DNA from: Isurus oxyrinchus | Lineage: Eukaryota | NCBI GenBank assembly: GCA_026770705.1 | Contig: JANJGN010000042.1 | Coordinates: 992,001 to 1,056,000 of the forward strand | DNA: 64,000 nucleotides | Reading direction: 5' to 3' | Program-made: the position numbers and the translations under genes | Shown: positions 44,381-58,229 of the stretch, piece by piece | Layout: each line of letters starts with the position of its first letter | Position numbering within the stretch: the first letter of the stretch is position 1 | The notes under the pieces: generated by a model | Seen by the model: the letters and a program-made list of their open reading frames with translations, nothing else | Told to the model about the DNA's origin: nothing | The model's database searches: none

Positions 44381-47300
44381 ACTTCTTCCTTTCCCCTCCT
44401 CAAATATTATCCCCGTCCGTTACCCCCTATTCTGTAGCATAACATTCCCCCAAAGCAGCCCCTCAGTAGAAAATAGCAATGTTTGTATCATTAGTCGATT
44501 TTGTCATTATTAGTCACCTTCACCTTCTTGGAGATATCAGGCGTGACATTGTTCCATTGCACCTTTCGGTACTTCCTGTTTGCCGTCCATCTGTGCAAAC
44601 CTGCTCCAAATTTACATGGTTCACAAGAAAGCGGTACAGAAATATGAATGTGATTTGCAGGTGCTAAAACTACTGAACATTGGGCGGTTTCGCCCCCAAT
44701 TTACATATTTTATGTTTTTTTAATACCAGCAGAAAATCACAAATAAATACTCAGTTGTGAGTTCTGCCTTGCCTTAAAAAATGCAAGAATTGTTCGCCGA
44801 TCAACTCAGCTGAATTGAGATAGACAAATAACAATAGTCGTTAATATATGGGTTTACTTGTGTGTCTTTAAGCAAATATAATCATTTATGATCTAACCAT
44901 TAGGTGGAAAACGTCATCAGTATGCTGAAAAATAGTGCTCAGTTCCCAGAATGCAAGGTAACTGAGCACGGATGAGCAGCCATCTGGACTGCTATCGATA
45001 AGAGATTTAAATAAAAGTCTGAGATTCTATTGCGCTCATTTATTGCAAATTCTTTGATCGATTTTCCAGTAACAAATATTTGAACCTTCATTAGTCTGTG
45101 TTTCCTACTAATCCACTTTTGGACGCTCGCTGGCTCAACAGTGAACTCGCTGGTTCAGCTCTGAAATGTGTTGTGCACTATTCTCAAATATTTTTCACGA
45201 ATATACTGCGGAACTGAAAGGTTTACAGTGTTATTTTTAGTTACCTCCCCCATATTTGTCAACCTGCTTTGAGAGCAGTTTCTGGTTGAGAACTTGTGTG
45301 AGGAACTGAATCAATATTCAATATTTGGCTTGCAATGCCGACGTGTCAGCCATAAGCTGAAACGTGCAATAGTTGAGATAACTCCATCCCGGTGATAAGG
45401 ATGTGGCTTAGGACAGTTTGCGATGCATGACATGGTCTTAATCCGTGTCTATTGCAAGTCGACTGTATTTTAATAAGTTGAAAAGTGTTCTGGAGGTTGA
45501 CTGAATTGGGGAACACATTATCATCACTAGTTGGCAATATGGAAGAGAGGATATAATGGTGATCACATGCAAGGAAAGAGTCAGTTCCTTGTTTTAGTTC
45601 CTTATGATACCAGAACTGGAGGTTATTAGTGACATCGGGGCGAACCCCGCCTGTATGTTGCGGTGAACATCAATGATATTGATTGGCTGAACTCAAGCTT
45701 GATTTATTTATTGTGATATATTTATATCTGTGCGTGTGTGTATTACTGTGTGCATTTATAGATGTGTGCGTGTGTGTGGATTAATTAGTAGTATTTACAT
45801 AAAAGAACGTACTATAGCGTCTTTCACCACCGTATGACACGTCAAAACATTTCACGGGCAATGGGAGACTTTTGTAGTCGCTGAAGTATAAGATACACGT
45901 GTATAGATAATGTTCACCCCTAAGCAGTTAATTTAAGCGATTGCATCGCCGTTCATTTGGACTTCTGTTCGTTGATTTGTATTCCTGAAACAACATGCAT
46001 CAATCAAAAGTGCACTGAAATTTGGGCACTGTAAGTTTATCGCCGGGATTAGTGCTAAATTGGGTTGGGTCTGTAGCCGGTTCCTTACTTGATTCATCCA
46101 TAAATGCTGATTATTTGTGACCATGTGACCGCACATGGAAAATGAATCCTATTATAGTGAGCGGATTTTAGAGAACATGAGGAACATATGCTCTGGATTG
46201 ATATGCTTGTTGACGTTGGTGTTCAGATTCCAAGCACGGCACAAATGAATTTTAAATCCCAGGCAGACGTTAAATGGGCTGATGAATCGTTGTCATGCGC
46301 CTTTTTACACAACTATCAATACAACATCCCTCCCCAAAGCGAAACCTGCAAGAGGTGGGCCGAATTATGGTGATAAAGTTGGGAAATTTAGACTTAGTGT
46401 CAATTTGAAAAAAAAGGAGGGTATTCGTTATGTTTGGCATGCCCCTGCCAAGTGTATCAATGTAACTGTTACTCGGGTTAGTAATGGTGAGGCTGAGACC
46501 ATTCAGGCAGACATCAAACATAAGCAAAAATGAAAGAATCATATTCTCTTGATTCAACTGCCAGAAGCCCAGAAGACTCTTGCACCATTTCTAGATTTTA
46601 TTTCCACATCCCTACCAGAATACCCTTCCAGGGATTGCTAATTCTTGGTCTATACAAGTTCTATCAAAAATCAGTCAGAAACGCGCCAGTTACCAGTTTG
46701 TGCCTGCGTTCAATTGATGTGCACTCAATTTAAATTTGATCTCCGGCTTCATTTCTTGTATTAAACTCATAGATTCACCTCATTTATAGGTCAAAGATCT
46801 GCACTTTCCTGAGGCCTTCTAATATTCTGATCCTCTGACTGTAGGAATATTCCTCTGTTAACGCCACCCAGCACCATTGCCAGTGCTTGGGCCTTACTGT
46901 TGTGACACAAGTACCCGAGTTGAAATCTAGTTTCAAGGCTTGACCTGAAATGTTTAAGGTGTCAGGATAAACCAACAGACTTAGAGGGCTACCCTACCAA
47001 GGTGGCGGTATGGATTAGAAATCATTACTTTATCGAACAAGGCTCTGATCTCTATGACATTTTCAGGGATCAGTGTTTGCCTTTAGCACCAACCTGGATA
47101 CAATGGCCTGGGTAACAGAGAGGAGAATCAATCGCTGTTTATCAAAAAAGGTCGGCAAGTCGGAAGGATCTCTCTACCAAACTGCCAATCTACCCTCCCG
47201 ATTTTACACCATTGGCTGGCTGAATTATGCCCCCATAATTTGAAGACATAAACTCGGCCCCTACCCCATCCATTTCAGCTTAACTTTCATCCTCAAGGTA

Positions 47301-48573
47301 GCGCGTTCCACTTCATAATTTCAAGGTTAATTGCTTGCATTGTATTTAATTTGTCGTAGTCCTATCCGGACAGACACCAAATAACTAGCCCCCAGTTTTG
47401 ATTGTGTGCTTAACGAAATTCCAATACATTTCTTCTGCGATCTCGGCCATCTTGCATTTCTTTCTGAATTGGGATCACTTGAATAATGTGGGCAGCTTGA
47501 GCCCCATACTTGGGCAGCCCACCTTTTTAAACACTAAACAAAACCCCTAACTAGAATTGAATACTTAACATTCTTCAGCGAAATGCTACGCCATCTTCAC
47601 CTTTTATCCATACCATTAAACCTTAGGCAGGCGCCTGGCGAATAGTTGTCACCAGCAGTCAATAAAACTTCCTCCCGCAATTTTTTAAACTGCTGCTACA
47701 GCCTTCGATGTGGAACGTTATGGAAAGCTTGTTTTGAAACCAAGTATGCTTCATGACCAGGCCGTCCAAGGTTCATTTTTTTGTGCTATTTATTCACAAA
47801 ATGTGTTTAGTTCAGAAGGTCTGCTATGACGGAGATATCTATTACTAATAACAGTAAAGTGGTGCAAAACAGAGTCGCATTTTGCGTTACCATGTTCTTG
47901 AAAACGGTCATGAAAAGAGATTTTCATTTTTCAATCCCGAGATGTTTCTGCGTTTCAAGGATTCACTCAGTATAGCATCTGCGGTGGGTATCTACATCTA
48001 TTCTTGCACTGAGAGCGATTGTATGTGCAATGGTCCTCCTTAGTTAGTTATTGTTTTGGGTATCTACAGCCACTATAGAGACCCCCATGGAAATGACAAG
48101 TTCATCATGATTGATCTAAGAGGATATGTCGTGACTTGCATAAATTTTGGTGCAGTTCATTTTGTTCTGAGGTTTTGATGAGGAGAAAGAAAGTGTTGGA
48201 AATTTTCAAAATAACACGCTTGCCAGCAATGTTAATGCCATTGTATAAAAGGCAGAGTGGCATGCTAGATCCGAAGATGGATGAGTGACAGATAACAAAG
48301 AGCAGTGATGAATTATGATTTTTTTTCTAACTGGAGGAAGGCATGAAGTAGGGTTCTCCAGCAGCAGGTACTAGGATAACTGTTTTCCTTGTTATATATT
48401 TAGGGCTTGGACTAGGGATTGCAAGGAAACAATTTCAACATTGACGCATTGTTGAAATCGTGGATGTATTGCAAACTTGTTGGATGGATAGCCATCGATT
48501 TGAAGAGGACATGGGCACACTGGTGTAATAGGTGGACAAGTGATAGATGTAACTTTAGACAACGTTGGAGTGA

Positions 48574-49067
48574 AAGAAACAAAAATAGCTGGAAAAACTC
48601 ACCAGGTCTGACAGCAGAGAGGAATATAGTTAACGTTTTGAGTCCATGTTATCTATCGGTTTATCTCTACCTTTTAACCCATTTCGATCCCTTCCCCCCA
48701 ACCCACCCCCACTAGGGCCATCTTTCACTTGGTTGTCCTGCTTTCCACCCTTAATTTCACCATTAGCACATTCCTTAGATAATATCACCACCGTCAACAC
48801 CCCCTCGTCCTTTTGCCTATCACATCTTTAGGAATCTCTTCTTTGTCTTCACCTATCACTGGCCCTTGGTCTAGCTCTATCAGTCCCACGCCCCTCAGGT
48901 AAATTATATTTTACCTCATTTGTATATTTCCTTAATTCTGAAGAAGGGTCAAACGGACTCGAAACGTTAACTGTGTTCCTCTCCGCAGATGCTGTCAGGC
49001 CTGATGAGTTTTTCCAGATATTTTTGCTTTTGTTTCAGTTTTGCAGCATCGGCAGTATTTTGCTTTT
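48574..49067 (+). mobile_element. 5'-truncated Penelope-like insertion: inverted short copy of the 3' end followed by the 3' UTR
   Basis: 48574-48647 is the reverse complement of 48955-49040. 48650-49040 aligns with the Penelope 3' UTR 17190-17588 (cactag, attagcacattc, agataatatcacca). Confidence 0.8.
48934..48972 (+). ncRNA. Minimal type I hammerhead ribozyme motif (best-preserved copy)
   Basis: CTGAAGA 48938-48944, extra A, stem II GGGTC/GACTC around loop AAACG, GAAA 48961-48964, palindromic ACGT stem III, NUH = GTT 48966-48968; stem I aatt/aact has one mismatch. Confidence 0.65.
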
Positions 49068-50404
49068 AATGAAGTGATAAATTTTGGCAGGAAGAACGAG
49101 GCAAGGCAATGAATAAATAAGGGCACTTTCCTCAGGGGAATGGAGGTGCAGAGTGACCTGCAGGGTATATTTGCACAAACCAATTGATGCAACAGAACAA
49201 GTTGAAAACATGGTTAAAAAGTTATAGCTAATCGGGGGCTTCATAATTAGAAGCATATGATGCAAAAACAAGCTGGTTATCACACAAATGCTTGACATTA
49301 AATGGAATATTATGATCAGTTCTGGTGTCTACACATTTGGAAGGATCTGAAGGCATTAATTAGGGTACAGGAGCGAATTTCAAAAACGGTTCCAGGGAAG
49401 AGGTGTTTTCGTTGTACGGGTGGTTTAGAAAAACTGTGGCTGTTCAACTTGGAGAAGAGAAGGGCCAGAGCAGATTTTATAGAAGTAATAAAAATTATGA
49501 TGTGCCTGGACAGAAAACAAAGCGAGAAACTGTTCCATTGGCGGAAGAATCAAGAACGAGGGGAAACTTATTTAAGGTGAAAAATGTCACACAAGGGAAG
49601 GGAATAAAAGTAATGTTGCTTTCACTCAGCAAGTGGATAGGCTCTGGAATGCCCTGGAGGGAGAATCAGTCATGGCTTCAAAAGGGAATTGCATAATTAT
49701 CTGAGAGAGAAACAATGCAGGGCGGAGAATTGGGTCTAGATGAGTGGCTGCTGCAGAGAACGGGCACGGGCATGGCGATCAGAATAGCTTCTTTCTGCGC
49801 TGTTCCCAGTCTCTGATGGTATGGTTGAAATTCATTCCTCTGTCGAATTCCCAGATGACCCGATTATGAAATGAGTGCTGAAAGCCTGGCATGTGGATCA
49901 CTGTTTAATATTCAGGGATTGTGCGACTAACTTTCCCAGACTTTATATTCCAAAGTTTCTTCCCACAGAAACTTAATTATCTGCGGATTTGGCAAGAATA
50001 CCGAACGTCTGATCCTTTGGAATGACTTCAGTTGTTAAAATGATTGGAATGGATTTCGGAAGAGCGTAATGGGTATATTAACATAGCTGCAAGTTGTTGA
50101 TATTTTGGAGCCGTTTCATTGATTGATGGACACACTGAAATCTTTACATGTGGGATCAAACGGCACCTTCCCCCTCCACATCTATCCAACAATCCCTTGA
50201 TTCCATAGTGTAAGATATATATCTTTCCCAAAATTCATATCCTCAGCTTTTATTTATTCGTTCATGGGGTTTTGTTGTTGCTGGCTAGGACATTATTAAT
50301 TACTCATCCATAATTGCCCTTGCCAAAGTGGTGGTGAGCCGCCTTCCTGAACTGTTACAGTCCCTGTGGTATAGGTGCACCCACAGTGCTGTCAGGAAAA
50401 GCTT

Positions 50405-53030
50405 TCTACCCAAATGAAGCTATATGTGTAGAATTTAAAAACAAAACACAAGCACTTTTTGGGAATGTACTATAGGCCCCCAATCAGTCAGAGAGAATTG
50501 GAAGAGCAGATATGTAGGAAAATTTCATATAAGTGTAAAAATAATAGAGTATTAATGGTGGGGTGTTTCAACGTCCCGAACATTGTTTGGATTAATCATA
50601 GTGTTATACGTTTAGAGGGAGCAGAATTTCTTAAAATGCATCCAGAAGAGCTTTTTTAAGCCTGTACGTGGAAGGCCCAACACAACATGGGGCGGTCCTG
50701 GACTTAATTTTAGGGAATGAAGCCGGGAAAGTGGTAGAGGTATCATTGGGGGAGCATTTTGCAGATAGTGATCAAGACTCCATTAGATTCAAGATTGTTA
50801 TGGTAAAGGACAAGGATGAGCCAGAAATCGGAGTTCTAAATTGGGGAAGGCCGATTTTAATGAGAGCAGATACGATTTGGCCAGATTGGACTGAGAGCAG
50901 CGACTTTAAAGTAAATCTGCCTCAGAACAGTGGGGCCGATTCAAGAAGGAAATGTAAAGAGTACAGGGCCAACATATTCCATTAAAGACAAAGGGTGAGA
51001 CCAACAAATTCCGGGGACCCTGGATGTCGAGGGGTAGACAAGATTGGATAAAGAGAAAAGCGGAGGCTTACGAGAGATACCGAAGGCTCAAAACACCGGA
51101 ATCCCTAGAGGAGTATAGAATGTGTAGGAGGAAGTTAAAAAGGAAATTAGGAGAGAAAAAAGGGACATCAAAAAACAGGTAAAATATAGGGAAATGCAAA
51201 GTTATTTTACATGCATCTTAGGAGCAAGAGGATAAGTAGGGAAAGAGTAGGGTCCATTAAGGACCATGTTGGTAATTTGTGGGTGGAGCTGAAAGACGTA
51301 GGTATGTTCAAAATGAATACTTTGTGTCAGTGTTCACTGGTGAAAGGGACAACGTGGGCAAGGAAATCAGACAGAAGTACTGTAATATAATTAAGTAAAT
51401 TAGCATAGAAAGAATGGAGTTCCTAAGTGGCCTGGCAGGCACAAAGGTAGATAAATTTCCAAGTCTGAATGAAATATGTCGCAGGCTGTTGACTGAGACA
51501 TGGGAGGAGATAGCAGGGCCGCTGGCAATAACTTTCAATACCTCTCTTTTCATCGCAGAGTTGCCAGAGGACAGGCAGCAGCCAACGTGGTGTCATTTTT
51601 CAAGAAGGGAGGAAGGGATAAACCAGGGAACTGCAGACCAGTCAGCCTCACCTCAGTGGTGGGGAAGTTATTGGAAGTAATTCTGAGAGACAAAATTAAT
51701 CTACACTTGGAGAGGAAGTGTTCAGTCAAGGACAGTCAGCATAGCTTTGTTAGGAGGAGATCATGTCTGACCAATTTGATTGAATTTTTCGAAATGGTGA
51801 CTACGCATGTAGATGAGGACAATGCATTTGTGGTAGCCTACTTGGACTTCAGCAAGGCATTTGGTAAGGCCCCACATGGAAGACTGATACCGAAGGTAAG
51901 AGCTCATGGGATCCAAGGCAATTTGGAAAATTGGATCCAGAATTGGCTGTGTGGAGGAAGCAGAGTGTGATGGCCGAGGGTTGCTTTTGTGACTGGATGC
52001 CTGTGTCCAGTGAGTTTCCACAGAGATCAGTGTTGCATCCTTCGCTGTTTGTGGTAAATATAAATGATTTAGACTTGAACATAGGAGGGTTGATTAGTAA
52101 ATTCATAAATGACATTGAAATTGGTGGCATGGTAAATTGTGAGGGGCATAGCCTTAGATTGCACGAGTTCATAGACGGTTGGTCAGATGGGCTGATCAGT
52201 GGTAAATGGAGTTTTATTCAGATAATTTTGAGATGATGCACTGGGGCAAGACAAAAAATGTACGGGAACACGTAATAAATGATAGGACCCTGGGAAATAT
52301 TGAGGGTCAGAGGTATCTTGGTGTACATGTCCACCGGTCCCTTAAGGTAGCAGGGCAGGTAGATAAGGTGGTTAAGAAGGTTTATAGGATACTTGCCTTT
52401 ATTAGCCGAGGCATTGAGTATAAGTCAGGCATTTTATGCTGGAACTGAATAAAGCGCTGGTTAGGCCCCTGCTAGAGTATTGTGTACAGTTCTGAAATCC
52501 ACATTATAGGAAGGATGAGATTGCACTAGAGAGAGTGCAGAAGAGATTTACCAGATGTTGCCTGGGCTGGAGAGTTTTAGTTAAGAGGAGAGATTGGATA
52601 GACTGGGGTTACTTTCCTTAGCACCGAGGAGATTGAGGGGGGATAGGATTGAGGTGTATAAAATTATGAGGAGTATAGATAGGGTAGACAGGAATGAACC
52701 TTTCTCCTCGGTGGAGAGATCAATAACTAGTGGCAATAGATTTAATGTAAGGGGCAGGACATTAAGGGGCGATGTGTGGAAGAATTCTTTAACCCTGAGG
52801 GTTGTGAGAATCTGCAACCCACTGCCTGAAAGGGTGGTAGATGCAGAAAACCTCATAACGTTTAAGAAGCATTTGGATATGCACTTGCGATGCCATGGCA
52901 TACAAGGCTATGGGTCTAGTGCTGGAAAATGGGATTAGAATTGTAAGGTACTTGTTTGACCGGCGCAGACTCGAAGGACTGAAGGGCCTTTTTTATGCTG
53001 TAGGCCTCCATGATCCTGTGACTGTATGAT
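50405..53030 (+). mobile_element. CR1 ORF2 (endonuclease to 3' end), inserted in an HER1-like remnant (50255-50405 / 53030-53090, minus)
   Basis: GMYYRPP, AVLDLILGN..GEHFADSD, PGNCRPVSLTSVVGKLLE, YLDFSKAF, LRGDRIEVYKIM, FKKHLDMHL; ctgtgactgtatgat tail. Confidence 0.9.
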
Positions 53031-54499
53031 TTTCACCTACCGACAGTGAAGGATCGGGGATATAGTTCCAGGTCAGGATCTTTATTCTCTTGGTAGAAAA
53101 ATCATAATGTGTTGATCCCTCTAAATGATGATTTTTGTTTTTTAATCATCACGGTTGCAAATGACTGGCCACTTAACAGAGGGAATGAACTCCAATTCTA
53201 GAGCCTCCGAACAGAGGAAACACTTTAGCATTTAGCCTATAAATCTCCCTAAGAGGTTTATTTTTGCCTTACAATGCATTTGTCTCTCATTCCCAAAACT
53301 TCAGAAAGTATAGGCTAAATTTATCGTTATATGAAATTCCTCTCACAACTGAAACAAACTAGCGAGCATTAAATTTACTCCCACTAGGAGAAGTATATCT
53401 TTCCATAAGGCCGGGGACACAAACAGCACACGCTGCTCCAGACCTGGCCTCACCAATTTCCTTGATTAATTCCATCCACGATGGAAATATAGCGACAGGC
53501 GTTGGACGCGTTCAGCAATTTAAAATTCAGAGTGAAGACTGCGGAGTGAATGTACATCGGTTTGTAAATTGGTTCACTTTATGACTTCCGCCCCCATCCG
53601 GGATCACTTCCAGCCATCAAGAGATACTGGCCAATCCAGTGGCTGGCAACTTTCCAATGCCAGCTGCAGAAACTGGAGGGGTGGTGAATACTCCGACCGC
53701 AGCCAATGCCCAATGGAGTGCAGAGCTGGAGCCGGATAAGAGTCCGGATGGGGACAGGTGGGGGGTGGAGGTGGGAGCAGCAGTGTTGCGGGTGGGTAAA
53801 TTGGGCTTCTGTGAGTGTTTGTTGTGAATCGTGATCGGAAGGAAAGGGACATTTCGAATTTAATTCCCTTATTTAAAATGGCTGGAAGAGTTAAAGCAAG
53901 AATCTGTAGGCCTTTGAATTTATAGATAGATAGATATATGTATCAGAGATTATTGGAAATGATGAGAACGCAATTTCCATGCTGCACTTAAACTTACATC
54001 GAAGCTTCCACAACTCAGACATAACGTAGTCCACAGTTTATTCTAGTCGCAAGTAAAATGGTAAGAATGCTATTAAGTAATATTCATTATTCTTGTACCT
54101 GCCCACCTACTTTTAATAAGTCGGTTAGCAGTCCAGTATATTTGCTCATCTACATTTAATTATCTCTGTTGAAATCTAATATGCCCGAGAATTTACCATA
54201 AGCTCTGAATTATTAAGAAGGAGATTGAAAAGCAAATTTGGAGCCATATTACAGAAAGAATATGTGATTACATAGTAGTGACAAACGGGCCTTCAATTAT
54301 CTTAATATATACGGACATAGTGGCAATGTGAAGTGCAAAAAGGGAGAGGAATTCCTGAAATATGTTTAATTTGTGTGTTGTCAACTCAAGAAGAAATGCA
54401 GCAAATTTATAAGGATGTACCCATTTGGCATAGATTGTGTCTTGGATGGGAGGTAGGAGGCAGAGTTTAGAGATTAAACGATATGTATTCAAATTGACA

Positions 54500-54835
54500 G
54501 GAGTTATGGGTTGCTGCCGTGATCATTATGAATGCTATACAGTGCTGGTACTCCGAATTAATGTTTGGTATATTGTTCGGCTTCCTTGTCCAGGATGGCG
54601 CCGAGATTCGTTACGATTGTTGGAAGTGCACTGATCCAGTCGAGAAGAGATATTCCATCACATTTCTTACTCGTATCTCGATGATGTTTTACAGGGTTTT
54701 GGGAGGTTCGGGGTGAGGGGAAGTGGTCAAGAGATGACTTACTCGCCTCATAATTCCCAGTCACTGTTCTGCTTCATTTTGTAGTTACTTTATTTACATA
54801 GTTATTCCAATTCAGTTTCAGATGAATGGTGATCC
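54500..54835 (-). mobile_element. HER1-like LINE fragment
   Basis: Minus ORF 54558-54764 contains LLDWISALPTIVTNLGAILDKEA. Confidence 0.5.
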
Positions 54836-55599
54836 ACAAATTCTATAGCCGATGCTGTTATGATGATTACTGTTTCTGATATATTTTCCCAATGAACAAT
54901 GCTCCGCTAGCAACATTTCCTTTCCTAGAACTAGATCCATTGCTGTCCTTGGTTCTTGAGATGGAAAGACACAATTTGTACGTATTTCATGAATTCCGCT
55001 CTAACTTTGCACGTTATATTGCCACTATCTCAGGCTCTTGGATAATGTTACAAACTGGCAGAAGTTAGCTCATGTAGAGGAGCGAAAACATGACAGCCAA
55101 GCTTACGATTAATTAAAACGTGTAGGCAGGTCGAAAAAGAACAATGTCAGTTGATTAATAGTATGTTTACTGTTTCACATTTGGCTGGAGTAAAAAGGGG
55201 AGCGTGTTATGAGTCAGTTGCACTAACCCTTATAAGTTCAAGCGCACTGGTTTCGAATTGCCATAGTAAGCTTTTTTTTTTGAAAAAATCTTTTTTAAAC
55301 AAATAGATAATTCCATATTACGTATTAAAATCTATGTGCATCTGCAAACTTTGCCCCCACCACGCTCTGTGGTTGAGCGATATAATGTCCAGGGCGGTCA
55401 GTCTTACTATGTTGAAGACAGTGTCTCACTTGCCGCTCATTAGAAATTCTACAGGAGATATGTAGTAAATCATTCAATAATATAGGCGTGGGCAGAAACG
55501 GTGTGCACAAGCCTGTACATGTGAATGAATAAGGCTTCAAAGCATAACGTATGTGCAGAACACTGGGGAGCAATAACACCCACATATATCAAGAACACT

Positions 55600-56027
55600 G
55601 ACGCTCAATAGCTTACCATTGAATACTATTGTGTTGGAAGCATGCATTATCCTGTGCATCTAAATGTATAATACATTTAACACACTCGAGCTCATGGGAC
55701 ATTTAAAGATATCTGGATATGTGAGCATTTTAGAATTCTATTTCTGGTTTTCAAATCCCTTCGTGACCACACTCCTTATTATCTTTATAGTTTTCTTCAG
55801 TCCTACTATCTGTCGAGATAAGTGAACGCCACCAAATCCGGCCTGTTGTGCACCCTCAATTTTAATCACTCCATAATTGTGCCTTCCACGGGCAAGGCCC
55901 TGGGCGCTGTAATTCCGCCCCGACACATCTCCACATTCCTACAACACTTTCCCTCCTTACGACGATTCTTAATAGCACACTGACCAAACATTTTTTTTTT
56001 ACATCTGTCCAAATATCTCCTCATGTG
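55600..56027 (+). mobile_element. L2-like LINE 3' fragment
   Basis: Reverse-complement homologue of 61060-61600 (ttttaatcactcca, gtgccttc, aaatatctcc..atgtg). Confidence 0.5.
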
Positions 56028-56247
56028 AAAGCAAAATACTGCGAATGCTGGAAATCTGAAACAAAAACTGAATACTGGAAAATCTCAACAGGCCTGGCTG
56101 CATCTGTGGAGAGCCAAACAGAATTAATGTTTCGAGTCCGTATGACTCCGAAGAAGGGTCCTACGGACTCGCAGCGTTAATTCTGTTTCTTCCTCCGTAG
56201 CTGCTGCCAGACCTGTTGAGTTTTTTTTTCAACATTTTCAGTTTTTC
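56028..56247. mobile_element. Palindromic Penelope-end-derived short element
   Basis: Arms ~56055-56147 and ~56155-56247 are reverse complements. Centre CCGAAGA-A-GGGTC-ctacg-GACTC-GCAG is a decayed hammerhead. TSD-like tctcctcatgtg / tctcccgttatgtg. Confidence 0.75.
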
Positions 56248-58229
56248 TCCCGTTATGTGGATTGTTTAGGCTCCCCTTAATTAATCCTTTACTATTCGAT
56301 TCAGCTTGTGGTAGCGAGTTCTGAATTTTCATCACTCTTTGCATGAATAAGTTTATTTTGAATTACAGGCCAGATTTGTTGTCTCTCTTTTGATGATAGC
56401 CTCTGGTTATGTTATTTATCAACAAATAAAGTATTTCCTTCGTATAGACTCTATCCAAACCTTGCAAACATAATGGCCTCTATTATGTCACCATGCAGCC
56501 TTCCTTACATCAAGAGAAAAGTGACGCTAGCTGCTAAGCCCTTCCTGATATGTATATCCACGAAATTCTGGTAACATCGGTGTGCATTTTCTTTTCACTC
56601 TTGAGCACCTCTATACCCTCTAATTTTATAATACGTAGAGCATAACTACACATACTAATCCGAGTGTAGTTGAACCAAGGTTCGACACAGGTTAAGCATA
56701 AAGTTCCTGCTTTTCAAATTTAACCCTCTATAAAGAATTCATGGTGGTTTTTTATTGTCTTGCTAACTTGTGACACAACCTTTAGAGAACAACGCACTAA
56801 CACCCCACGATCATGCTAGATTCCACCTTTACCCCATTGTGACTTACATCTTCCAAGTTAAAAGTTACCTCCACATTATTCCCACCAAAATGTGTCCCTT
56901 CGAATTTATGTGTGCTCAACTTCATTTCCCTAATAATTGTCACTTTTTCAAGTTTATTCAGGAAACACAGAAGTTAGCAAAAAATCAGCACTCGTTCTTA
57001 CATGGTGTGGTCGTGACGAATATTAATAATAAATTTAGGAGAAGCTAGAATACATGCTAGTGGAAAGCGTGAACATATTTTGATCTATTGACATGAAGCA
57101 ACTGGAAAGCGGCTTTTGTGGAGTATGAACACCCGTACAGAGCTATTTGTCAAAATAACCAGTAACTGTACTGTAATGTTCTCTTCAATAATGGTCAATA
57201 AAATCAGGGCACATTTGGCCTTTTTTTTTGATTCGCTGTTGCACCTCTGTACAGCTTTAACAAATATGAGTAGTTGGAAATCTCTTTCTTCTTCCTCTGC
57301 AGTATATAGTTGTATCAGAATTTAGAATACATCTTGATATGTTTGTCTTGCATGAAAGCAAAGTGACCTCGCACTTATGCAAATTAATCTCCATCTGCCG
57401 GCTTCAGCCGAACTCCTAATCTGTAGATACCTCTATGCAATGCTGTGCCCCCACCTGCATTATTTTCTAGCGCACATGCTTACAACCCTCTTCAGTCTTA
57501 GACATTTAAATGTATTTTCTTTGATCCAATACATTCAATAAATAAGGCAGATATTTGAAAACCCAGATAACAAACTTGGGGAACCACGACATGTCAGATC
57601 CTATCAATCCGAATGTGTAACATATATCACAACTTTTTGGCTCGTCCTTTTTGCTTCTTTTTGAGTGCATGTCGACCTTTTTCGAGGTTTTCAGTAAATC
57701 TATATGGCTAATGTCTCAAGGTACACTGGTTTCTACTTACTGGTATCGTCCTCAAAAATTCATCTAAATTTGTCGACTCACCATAATCTTAACAATGCAC
57801 TCCGGACACTATGGGAGGAAATCTTGGCCCACCCCGCCAGTGAGATTTTCTGGTCCCACCGGAGTCAATGGAATTTTGAGCGACTCGTCACATTTTAAGG
57901 CCCCGTCCCCGCTGTGCTTGATTAATTTAATGGGAAAGTTCAGTCAACCCAATGCGAAATCTTTGAGAGGAATAAGGAACGGAGTTTGGGATGATCGAGC
58001 ATCAAAGTCAGGAGAAAAGTTCTAGTCTCACGCTATTGAAGACAGAATCGGGAACATGGGCTTTAGTGGAAATGGAGTTAAAGGGGAATGGGGAATGGAG
58101 ATCACACATCGTCATTTTGCTTCTGGCATTTGAGCTAAGATTCAGGTGCCAGTACATTTCATTCAACCAACTCTAGGACACGTCCTACATCGCTGCCCTT
58201 TGTGCGTTTGTACTCGCTAAAACATTCCC

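Larger units (their letters stand above)
48050..49830 (+). mobile_element. Decayed CR1 RT/3' fragment interrupted by a Penelope-end insertion
   Basis: ORF 49302-49580 MEYYDQFW..VQERISKTVPG..LFNLEKRRARADFIEVIKIM. Confidence 0.7.

Noticed and set aside
44500-44610. Minus-strand frame ending ..DISKKVKV, reminiscent of an Ig membrane tail (KVK)
   Set aside because: No hydrophobic TM segment or CART motif precedes it, and it is on the wrong strand and side for the IgNAR cluster.
46177-46533. Signal-peptide-like start plus faint RNase A-like spacing (RFQARH..LNGLMNR..INT..IRY..INV)
   Set aside because: In-frame stop at 46246; none of the structural cysteines, the CKxxNTF motif or PVH are present. 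Likely chance; an HHpred or tBLASTn search would settle it.
31882-57384. Isolated octamers (31882-31889, 43997-44004 reverse, 57377-57384)
   Set aside because: Expected by chance in 64 kb of AT-rich DNA; two lie in LINE remnants, and none has an associated TATA or leader exon.
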